From an uncultured delta proteobacterium (GTDB taxonomy: Bacteria > Desulfobacterota > RBG-13-43-22), in contig CAWJJC010000031.1 in assembly GCA_963843145.1 (NCBI GenBank), positions 1-10,034 of the forward strand: DNA of 10,034 bases, in the 5' to 3' direction. Below are positions 1 through 6,984 of this stretch, piece after piece (positions within the stretch are counted from its first letter, which is position 1; the number at the start of each line of letters is the position of its first letter). Under the pieces are notes generated by a model that had not been told where the DNA came from, did no database searches, and saw nothing but the letters and a program-made list of their open reading frames with translations. The position numbers and the translations under genes were made by a program.

Positions 1-154
1 GAATAATATTTTTACGCTCCTTTATCCCTTAATCCAATATATGGATACTTTTTATACACTAACTGGGCTTTTCAACTCGATTATATTTCATTTTGTTGGG
101 ATAATTTACAATATTTATTATAATATTATATGGTTATCAATATATACTACATTG

Positions 155-170
155 TGGCACACCTCTTGCT
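155..170 (+). promoter_or_regulatory. Sigma-54 (RpoN) -24/-12 promoter
   Basis: TGGCACACCTCTTGCT matches the consensus TGGCACR-N4-TTGCW, with GG at 156-157 and GC at 168-169 separated by exactly 10 nt. It lies in an AT-rich non-coding region about 65 nt upstream of a start codon with a strong RBS. Confidence 0.85.
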
Positions 171-224
171 CATTAAATGAAATACCAGCTTTTATTCCAG
201 ATAAATTTTCTGATGGATCTAACC

Positions 225-230
225 AGGAGG
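225..230 (+). promoter_or_regulatory. Shine-Dalgarno site of the HMA-membrane gene
   Basis: AGGAGG lies 5 nt upstream of ATG 236, which supports 236 rather than 41 as the start. Confidence 0.8.
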
Positions 231-235
231 CGGAT

Positions 236-1068
236 ATGGATTTGATCAATAAACGAAAGGGGAACGTGATCTCTATCCAGGCTGAAAAGGTAAACGGTGC
301 TGGAAATCGAACCGCTAACGAGATGACAACCTATTTTTCCCTGGAGGGGATGACTTGTCCGGCCTGCGCAAAAAAGATTGAGCGAACGCTATCCGAACAG
401 GCCGGGGTCAAAAACGTCCAGGTGGATTTTCTCGGTCGTGGGTGCCCGGGTCACTTACAACCCCGGAAAAGTGTATCGAAAATGACTTGAAGGCGGCAGT
501 GGAGGCCATCGGTTACCGGCTTGTCTCCAGGCAGGATGCCGACCGGGAAAAACTGAAGGTTCCATTCACCGAACACCGGAGCATACGTCCTTACCTGACC
601 GGATTGGCGGCCGCCGTCGGTGTGGTGGAATTCTACCTGACGCTCATCACCTTGACCTCGGATTGGTACAACGCCAGGCTCGAGTTTAAAGAGTACTGGC
701 CCTGGATCCTCGCCCTGGCGGCCGGACTGGGGCTGCAGGCCGCGTTGTTCTCCATGGCTCGGGCCTGGCAGCGCGGTCGGTCCCTGAAAACGGCCCGGTA
801 CAGCCTGGCCGCCTCCGGAGGCCTTTCAACCACAGCCATGGCGGCCTGCTGCGCCCATTACCTCGCGGCTGTCCTGCCGCTTTTGGGTCTTCCTTTTCTT
901 TCGGCCACAGTCGCCGGTCTGGCCGAATACCAGACATATTTTTTCTTCGTGGGTGTGCTTTCAAACCTGATGGGTATCGGGTTCATGCTCCGAATGATGA
1001 ACCGGAGCGGAATGATCGCGCTTCGCGCGTTCCGAGGCCAGAGAACACTTAGACAATTCCAATCCTAA
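236..1068 (+). CDS. HMA-domain/membrane fusion protein (CopZ/MerP-type MTCxxC domain plus ~4-TM domain with CCAH motif), interrupted by two apparent +1 frameshifts at ~440 and ~474
   Basis: The HMA fold is spread over three frames: FSLEGMTCPACAKKIERTLSEQAGVKNVQVDFLGR (ORF 41..490), GARVTYNPGKV (441-473) and IENDLKAAVEAIGYRLV (ORF 442..1068). The downstream part has hydrophobic segments and AMAACCAHYL (CCAH at 847-858). Confidence 0.75.
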
Positions 1069-1087
1069 AAGGAAGGAGTAAGTTATC

Positions 1088-1507
1088 ATGAAAACGTTAA
1101 AGCCTATTGAGCGGAATACCGGATTGACCCTGATTCTCTTATTGACCCTATTGGCCTGGATAGGGGGAGCTATCGCCTACGACTCCGTCACCAGCCGCGG
1201 TAACAACGTAACCGTGGATGTGAAGCCGGTAACCCTGGCGGCCGGCCAGCCGGCGACTTTCGAGATCCGGATGAATACCCATTCCGTGGCGCTCGATCAG
1301 GACCTGGTGACCGTTTCCACGCTCCAGGACGACCAGGGGAAAACCTACCAACCGGTCAACTGGCAAGGTTCGGCACCCGGCGGGCACCATCGCCTGGGAG
1401 TGCTTTCCTTCCCGGCATTGGGCAGCGGCGTCAAATCCGTCAAGTTGGTTATCAGAAAAGTCGCCGGCATTCCGGAACGGGCCTTTGAGTGGCGTATCGG
1501 GCGCTAA
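1088..1507 (+). CDS. Secreted/periplasmic hypothetical protein, 139 aa, with MNTHS and GGHHR motifs (candidate metal-binding protein)
   Basis: AAGGAG RBS at 1073-1078; hydrophobic signal peptide ending in AIA; beta-strand-like alternation in the mature part; the only three His residues sit in two motifs. Confidence 0.8.
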   Translation: MKTLKPIERNTGLTLILLLTLLAWIGGAIAYDSVTSRGNNVTVDVKPVTLAAGQPATFEIRMNTHSVALDQDLVTVSTLQDDQGKTYQPVNWQGSAPGGHHRLGVLSFPALGSGVKSVKLVIRKVAGIPERAFEWRIGR

Positions 1508-1541
1508 AGGGATACTCGGTGATTTCTGGAAAGGAACCGAA

Positions 1542-1739
1542 GTGATTTTTATGATTATTATCTGGGTCGCGTTACTGATCGGACTTTTTCTCTTTGTCCC
1601 TTGGCTCTCGAAAGGCAAAGGAACGGACAGGGGGAACCTGCTCCTCACGGATTCCCCGCTTGACATCCTTAAGCGCCGTTACGCCCGTGGAGAGATCAAC
1701 CGGGAAGAATATTTGGAAAAACAAAAGGACCTGAACTAA
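1542..1739 (+). CDS. Small membrane protein with C-terminal SHOCT domain
   Basis: One TM helix (IIIWVALLIGLFLFVPWL) followed by SPLDILKRRYARGEINREEYLEKQKDL, a typical SHOCT signature. Start is probably GTG 1542 (AAGGA at 1531-1535) or ATG 1551. Confidence 0.85.
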   Translation: MIFMIIIWVALLIGLFLFVPWLSKGKGTDRGNLLLTDSPLDILKRRYARGEINREEYLEKQKDLN

Positions 1740-1783
1740 CCGTTTTTGTTGCCGCCCATCGCAAAGAATCAAGGTGAGGTGAG

Positions 1784-2137
1784 ATGGACTTGATGATGCT
1801 TCTCATGTTTTCCCCCTTATTGGGCCTGGCCCTGTTTCTGGTATTGCCCTTCGGGACAGCCCTTCAACTTTATATTCCGGTTTTTATCCTGGGAGGCTTC
1901 ATCAATTTCAAAATGATGCGGTCGATGCATTTGCCGGTGAAAACCGGACCGGAGGAAATGATCGGGGAAGAGGCCGTGGTTCTAGAGGAGATCGATCCCG
2001 AGGGCAAAGTCCGGACCCGGGGGGAAATCTGGAATGCCCGGGCCTTCGGCCACAAGTTCCCAAAAGGTGCTAAAGCAAGAATTATCGGGGTTCAGGGACT
2101 GGTCTTGTTACTGGAGGATCCGGGAAAGGGAAACTAG
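1784..2137 (+). CDS. Short NfeD-like membrane protein (2 TM plus C-terminal OB-fold domain)
   Basis: GAGGTGAG RBS. PVKTGPEEMIGEEAVVLEEIDPEGKVRTRGEIWNARA...KGAKARIIGVQGLVLLLE matches the NfeD C-terminal pattern. Confidence 0.85.
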   Translation: MDLMMLLMFSPLLGLALFLVLPFGTALQLYIPVFILGGFINFKMMRSMHLPVKTGPEEMIGEEAVVLEEIDPEGKVRTRGEIWNARAFGHKFPKGAKARIIGVQGLVLLLEDPGKGN

Positions 2138-2306
2138 CCCAGGACAGGGCAAGGTCCTCTTCCCGGCCCCTACTCGATGGAGGGGGAACCCAATGTACCT
2201 GACAGCAGAAATTGGAACATCATCGCCAAGGAAAGGTCCGAGAGATCCCCGCATTAGCAGAAAGGATGGGCTAGCCTCTAAAACCCCTTAATCGTCACTT
2301 TTCACC

Positions 2307-2334
2307 TTGACTGCCTTTCCCGTCTGTCTATAAT
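2307..2334 (+). promoter_or_regulatory. Sigma-70-type promoter for the cytochrome gene
   Basis: TTGACT (2307-2312), a 16-nt spacer and TATAAT (2329-2334), followed by an AT-rich leader. Confidence 0.65.
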
Positions 2335-2386
2335 ATTCCATATCATAAAATTCTAAAAAAATATACGCAAATCAGAGGTGAAGAAA

Positions 2387-3424
2387 ATGAATGATAAGAT
2401 GAAATCTTTGGGGGGCTTCATCGTAACGGGAATGGTTCTTCTTCTTGCGTTTTTCGTTTTTATCAATGGGGGGAAAGCCGCGGAAGCTAAGCCGGGCGAT
2501 CAGACCAAGACAAAATCCCCTAAGCAAACCACCGGTTCTACTTTCGTCGTGACTCCCGTTCATGGACCTAGCTGGATCAGACACCTCGGACTTTTCGATA
2601 TCCGCTATACGGCTATGGGACAACAGGGAGGTTCTCAACCCGCCCCTCAATCCTCACGGATTGAACCGGGATTCCAGATTGAAGTTCCACCACCGCGCGG
2701 CCGCGGGGGCATGGGGATGATGATGGGACGCATTTATTCCAACTATCAAACCAGTCCGGAGCAAGTGGCCAAACTTATGGATGAGAAATTTTTTCTTACC
2801 GGAGCGGACCTTTACCGTCTGGATTGTCAGTCCTGCCACGGTCCGAAAGGGGAAGGGGCTTTGCCGGAGATCAAATCACTCATCGGTCCGGTCAAAGGAT
2901 CTTCACCTGCTCTGGTCGAGGAACGGATGAAGAAGATGGGCCGGCCCATCGGGAAGGAGCTGGCCAAGGAATTGGCCTCGCAAGCCGAGGCCAGCATCCG
3001 TCAACGGCTTCAGGAGGGCGGCAAGAAAATGCCCCCGTTCAAACATCTGGACCAAGAAGAAGTAGGCGCCTTGCTCCAATACCTGCAAGAGCACTTTGGT
3101 GAATTAAAGTCTAACCAAAAAGAAATTCTGGTCACCCAGTCCGTGGCCCGTGTGGGCCAGCATCTGGTTCAGGGGACCTGCCAAATCTGTCATGATGCCA
3201 CAGGTCCGGGAAGAAGCCGTATGGGGATGATGCAGGGGAATATTCCCTCCCTGGCCAGCTTTCCCTATGAACAGTCGATACAAAGCGTGATCCGACAGGT
3301 TGAACTGGGAACTATGCGCATGATGATGATGATGGGCGGCCAGAAAATGCCCGCCTATCCGTATATCACCGAAGACGAAGCCGCGGCAGCCTACTTGTAT
3401 TTGGTGAGATACCCGCCGGAATAA
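2387..3424 (+). CDS. Exported or membrane-anchored diheme class I c-type cytochrome with Met-rich segments
   Basis: N-terminal hydrophobic segment; CQSCH (2825-2839) and CQICH (3179-3193); each is followed later by a KMP distal-ligand motif (KKMPPF, QKMPAY) and a C-terminal helix (EVGALLQYL, EAAAAYLYL). ATG 2387 is preferred over GTG 2378 because GAGGTG (2375-2380) serves as its RBS. Confidence 0.88.
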   Translation: MNDKMKSLGGFIVTGMVLLLAFFVFINGGKAAEAKPGDQTKTKSPKQTTGSTFVVTPVHGPSWIRHLGLFDIRYTAMGQQGGSQPAPQSSRIEPGFQIEVPPPRGRGGMGMMMGRIYSNYQTSPEQVAKLMDEKFFLTGADLYRLDCQSCHGPKGEGALPEIKSLIGPVKGSSPALVEERMKKMGRPIGKELAKELASQAEASIRQRLQEGGKKMPPFKHLDQEEVGALLQYLQEHFGELKSNQKEILVTQSVARVGQHLVQGTCQICHDATGPGRSRMGMMQGNIPSLASFPYEQSIQSVIRQVELGTMRMMMMMGGQKMPAYPYITEDEAAAAYLYLVRYPPE

Positions 3425-3448
3425 CGGGCATAATCCAGCAGTTTATTC

Positions 3449-3552
3449 CCCCGCCCCCCTGGGAACGGTACCAAGGCGTTGTTTGTTTTCAGGTTATTCT
3501 CCAAGATAGTTGAAAGCAACGGGGGGGGCGGGGATTTATCGATTTTTCTTTT
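3449..3552 (+). terminator. GC-rich nested stem-loop followed by a T-rich tract between convergent genes (candidate terminator)
   Basis: CCCCGCCCCCC (3449-3459) is the reverse complement of GGGGGGCGGGG (3523-3533). An inner stem pairs 3483-3491 with 3511-3519. ATTTATCGATTTTTCTTTT follows. Confidence 0.4.
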
Positions 3553-3694
3553 AATCCTTGACCCCTTCGATCCTCGTCAACTCTTTCCCAGATAAACCCA
3601 AAAGAGGTATACTGTCAATGTTCTACTGTCCCCTCAGAGCAAGAGAAACATAGGAGCATGGGCAGATCAAAAAACAAGGCCGTAGCAAAAATAA

Positions 3695-6600
3695 TTATTT
3701 GCCTTTGAACTCCCTCCCCTTCCAGATCATATATATGGTGGGGTAAAGGACCAGTTCCAGAATAAGAGAGCTGACCACCCCGCCGACCATAGGGGCGGCG
3801 ATCCGTTTCATGACATCGGAGCCGGCCCCTTGGCTGAACAAGATGGGAATCAATCCGGCCAGGATGACGCTGACCGTCATCACCTTGGGACGAATCCGTT
3901 TGACCGCCCCGTAGAGGATGGCCTCCTTCAAAGCCGGAAGCCCTGAGAGCCGGCCTTCCTGCTTCCACTTTTCATAGGCCAATTCCAGGTAAAGAAGCAT
4001 GACCACCCCGGTTTCGGCATCCAGGCCGGCCAAGGCAATGATCCCCACCCAGACGGCAATACTCAAATTATAATTGAGGAAATAAAGCAACCAAAAGGAA
4101 CCCACCAGGGAAAAAGGAACGGCCAGTAAAACGATCATGGTTTTAGTCACCGACCGGGTATTCAAGAAAATCAGGACGAAAATAATCAACAGGGTCAGCG
4201 GTATGACCAGCTTGAGCCGCTCCTCGGTCTTGACCAGATATTCATATTCACCACTCCAGACCAGGCGGTAGCCGTCGGGGATCTTCAGGGAGGCCACCGT
4301 TTTCTTAGCCTCCTCCACATAGCCGCCCACATCCCGGCCGCTGAAGTCCACGTAGACATAAGCGGTCAACTGCCCCTCCTCGCTCTTGATGGCCGTGGGT
4401 CCTTGGACAAAGCGGATCTCCGCCACCTGACCCAGAGGGATCTGGCCTTTACTCCGACCTCCACCGGCCCCCATCCCGCCTCCCGCAGAGGCGGCCGAGG
4501 GTCCGACCTCCGGGATCGGAATCAGCACCCGATTCAAATGGTCCAGGCTGTCGCGCAGTTCCCGGGGATAACGTATATTGACCGGATAGCGTTCCCGTCC
4601 CTCCACGGTGGTGGTAACATTCATCCCGCCGATGGCCGTTTCCACCACTTCCTGTATATCCTCCACATTCAATCCGTAGCGGGCCGCTTCCTGCCGGTTG
4701 ATGACCACATCCAGAAAATAACCGGTGGTGACCCGTTCGGCATAGACGCTGCGGGTGCCGGGCACTTCCTTCACCTTTTTCTCGATCTCCAAACCGATTC
4801 GCTCCAGCTCCTCGATCCGGGGGCCCAGGATCTTGATCCCCACCGGGGTACGGATTCCGGTGGCCAACATATCGATGCGGGCTTTGATGGGCATAGTAAA
4901 GGAATTAGATACCCCGGGAATGGTCAACAGGTCATTCATCTCGTCTTTCAGTTTTTCCACGGTCATCCCCGGCCGCCACTCAGCTTTCGGTTTGAGGTTG
5001 ATGACCGTTTCAAACATCTCCAGCGGGGCCGGGTCGGTGGCGGTCTCCGCCCGCCCGGCCTTGCCGAAAACCTGAGCCACTTCCGGGATGCTTTTCAGCA
5101 GCCGGTCCTGTAAACGGAGCAAATCGGAAACTACCGAAACCGAGGCCGCCGGCACGGTCACCGGCATGTAAAAGAGGGTCCCCTCATAGAGGGGCGGCAT
5201 AAACTCCGTGCCTAACTTTTTGAAGGGGTAATAGGTCAGCACCAGGATGATCAGCCCTAAAACCAGGACCGTCTTCCGGAACCGCAGCACCACATGGACC
5301 ACCGGCTCATAGAGTTTGTGGAGCAGCCAACTGACGGGGTTCTTTTCCTCGGGGCGGATTTTACCCCGGATGAACAACGTCATCAAGACCGGGGTCAGCG
5401 TCACGGCCAGGAAGGAGGCGAAGAGCATGGCAAAGGTCTTGGTGTAGGCCAGGGGCTTGAAGAGCCGGCCGGCCTGGGACTGGAGGGTAAAAACTGGCAG
5501 AAAGCCGACCATAATGACCAGCAGCGAGAAAAAAAGGGAAGGCCCCACTTCCTGGGCGGCCTGAATGATCACCTCCAGGCGAGGATTCGGACGACCCTGG
5601 GCTTCCCACTCTTCCAGTTTTTTGTGGGCGTTTTCCACCATAATAATTGAGGCATCCACCATAGCGCCGATGGCAATGGCGATGCCGCTCAAACTCATGA
5701 TGTTGGAGGTTACCTGGAGGTAGTACATGAGGATGAAAGATATAATGATGGCCAATGGGAGGGTCAGGATGACCACCAAGGCGCTGGGCAGATGGAACAA
5801 AAAAACAACGCAGACCACACTGACGGCGATGGAAAGTTTGATAATCTCATCTTTCAAGGTGGCTATGGAACGGCGGATCAGATCGGACCGGTCGTAGGTG
5901 GTGACGAGCTTGACTCCCCGGGGCAGGCTGGGTTCGATGTCTTTCTTGATTTTTTCTTTAACCCGGTCGATTACGTTCAGGACATTTTCCCCAAAGCGGA
6001 CAACGACGATCCCGCCGGCCACCTCTCCCCGGCCATCCAGGTCGGCCAGGCCTCTGCGGATCTCCGGCCCCAATTGGATCCGGGCCACATCCTTCAGATA
6101 GATCGGTGTCCCGGCCCCATTGGTCCCCACGGCGACGATCTCCAGGTCCTCCAGGCCCTTCAGATAGCCCCGGCCCCGAACCATGTATTCCACCCCGGAG
6201 AAATCGATAACCCGCCCTTCCACATCCAGGTTGCTCCGGCGTACGGCCGTTATGACCTGGTTTAAAGGGATGCCGTAAGCGCTCAAGCGGTTGGGATCCA
6301 CTGTAATCTGGTATTGTTTCACGAAGCCGCCGAGGCTGGCCACCTGGGCGACTCCGGGGACGCTTTCCAGGGCCAGCTTAAGGTTCCAGTCCTGCAAAGA
6401 GCGCAACTGGGCCTGGTCCAGTTTATTTCCCGTATCCACCACGGCATAAGAAAAACCCCAACCCAAACTGGTGGCATCGGGGCCGAGGATCGGGTTGACA
6501 TTGGCGGGCAGCTTGTTTTTCACTGCCTGGAGGTATTCCAGGATACGGCTCCGGGCCCAGTAGATATCCGTCCCGTCTTCGAAGATCACATAGATGAAGG

Positions 6601-6871
6601 AACTTCCCAGGTAGGAAAAACCGCGGACGGCCCGGACTTTGGGGGCGGCCAGCAAAGTCGAGGTGATCGGATAGGTGACCTGGTCCTCCACCAGGTCCGG
6701 ACTTCGGCCCACCCATTCCGTGAAAATAATGACCTGGGTATCGCTTAAATCCGGGATGGCATCCAGCGGGGTTTGGGTCATGGCCCAATAGCCCCAGATC
6801 CCCGCAAAGAAGACTAAGAGGACGACGATGAATTTGTTGCGGGCGCTGGCTTCAATGATTTTGGCAATCAT
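3695..6871 (-). CDS. cusA: CusA-type heavy-metal efflux RND permease (Cu(I)/Ag(I))
   Basis: Intact ORF of ~1058 aa from ATG 6871 (MIAKIIEASARN). Hallmarks include PLDAIPDLSDTQVIIFT, GPDATSLGW, GIAIAIGAMVDASIIMVEN and GAVKRIRPKVMT. The CusA three-Met site equivalents are present: LFYMP, APLEMFET, RIDMLATG. Confidence 0.95.
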   Translation of the reverse strand: MIAKIIEASARNKFIVVLLVFFAGIWGYWAMTQTPLDAIPDLSDTQVIIFTEWVGRSPDLVEDQVTYPITSTLLAAPKVRAVRGFSYLGSSFIYVIFEDGTDIYWARSRILEYLQAVKNKLPANVNPILGPDATSLGWGFSYAVVDTGNKLDQAQLRSLQDWNLKLALESVPGVAQVASLGGFVKQYQITVDPNRLSAYGIPLNQVITAVRRSNLDVEGRVIDFSGVEYMVRGRGYLKGLEDLEIVAVGTNGAGTPIYLKDVARIQLGPEIRRGLADLDGRGEVAGGIVVVRFGENVLNVIDRVKEKIKKDIEPSLPRGVKLVTTYDRSDLIRRSIATLKDEIIKLSIAVSVVCVVFLFHLPSALVVILTLPLAIIISFILMYYLQVTSNIMSLSGIAIAIGAMVDASIIMVENAHKKLEEWEAQGRPNPRLEVIIQAAQEVGPSLFFSLLVIMVGFLPVFTLQSQAGRLFKPLAYTKTFAMLFASFLAVTLTPVLMTLFIRGKIRPEEKNPVSWLLHKLYEPVVHVVLRFRKTVLVLGLIILVLTYYPFKKLGTEFMPPLYEGTLFYMPVTVPAASVSVVSDLLRLQDRLLKSIPEVAQVFGKAGRAETATDPAPLEMFETVINLKPKAEWRPGMTVEKLKDEMNDLLTIPGVSNSFTMPIKARIDMLATGIRTPVGIKILGPRIEELERIGLEIEKKVKEVPGTRSVYAERVTTGYFLDVVINRQEAARYGLNVEDIQEVVETAIGGMNVTTTVEGRERYPVNIRYPRELRDSLDHLNRVLIPIPEVGPSAASAGGGMGAGGGRSKGQIPLGQVAEIRFVQGPTAIKSEEGQLTAYVYVDFSGRDVGGYVEEAKKTVASLKIPDGYRLVWSGEYEYLVKTEERLKLVIPLTLLIIFVLIFLNTRSVTKTMIVLLAVPFSLVGSFWLLYFLNYNLSIAVWVGIIALAGLDAETGVVMLLYLELAYEKWKQEGRLSGLPALKEAILYGAVKRIRPKVMTVSVILAGLIPILFSQGAGSDVMKRIAAPMVGGVVSSLILELVLYPTIYMIWKGREFKGK

Positions 6872-6880
6872 ACTTATTCC

Positions 6881-6915
6881 GTCAGGCGTCAGAAGCAAGG
6901 AGTGAGGAGTAAAAA
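6881..6915. repeat. Degenerate heptamer tandem repeat upstream of cusA
   Basis: gtcaggc/gtcagaa/gcaagga/gtgagga/gtaaaaa shows 7-nt periodicity, with G at position 1 and A at position 4 in all units. Confidence 0.4.
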
Positions 6916-6937
6916 GAACAGGGACCCAATTCCAAGG

Positions 6938-6969
6938 GAAGGGCTCTCTTTAGTGTCAGAGCTCCCTTC
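6938..6969. other. Intergenic hairpin between cusB and cusA
   Basis: GAAGGGCTCT (6938-6947) pairs with AGAGCTCCCTTC (6958-6969) with a 2-nt bulge and 10-nt loop. No U-tract follows on the coding strand. Confidence 0.5.
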
Positions 6970-6984
6970 GGTTGTGGGGGATCG

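Noticed and set aside
41-235. N-terminal 65 codons of ORF 41..490
   Set aside because: This is AT-rich promoter DNA containing the sigma-54 motif. The strong RBS points to ATG 236.
436-480. Programmed ribosomal frameshifting in the HMA gene
   Set aside because: It would need two successive shifts within about 35 nt, and no canonical slippery site is present. Indels elsewhere in the window suggest sequence error.
236-1068. Calling this a mercury-resistance merT/merP locus
   Set aside because: No merA or merR is in the window, the HMA domain lacks a signal peptide, and the context is Cu efflux. The MerT resemblance is only by eye.
633-3102. Antisense or alternative-frame ORFs (633..839, 686..964, 1148..1666, 1572..1772, 1870..2055, 2034..2291, 2372..2650, 2654..2839, 2824..3102, 2903..3094)
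   Set aside because: They overlap better-supported genes, show no recognisable motifs, and are expected shadow ORFs in GC-rich coding DNA.
3320-3334. (ATG)5 as a microsatellite or phase-variation tract
   Set aside because: It is an in-frame triplet run encoding poly-Met, explained by protein composition, and cannot shift the frame.
3558-3618. TTGAC-N13-GTCAA repeat (3558-3580), CTCTTT/AAAGAG repeat and a minus-strand TTGACA (3618-3613) as a CueR/MerR operator or antisense promoter
   Set aside because: There is no convincing -10 at 17-19 nt spacing, the arms are short, and the site lies between two gene 3' ends.
3695-6898. CzcA (divalent cation) assignment and the TTG start at 6898
   Set aside because: The Met triad and the GAMVDA TM4 motif indicate the CusA type. 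MIAKII at 6871 matches the usual N-terminus, and the extension overlaps the heptamer tract.
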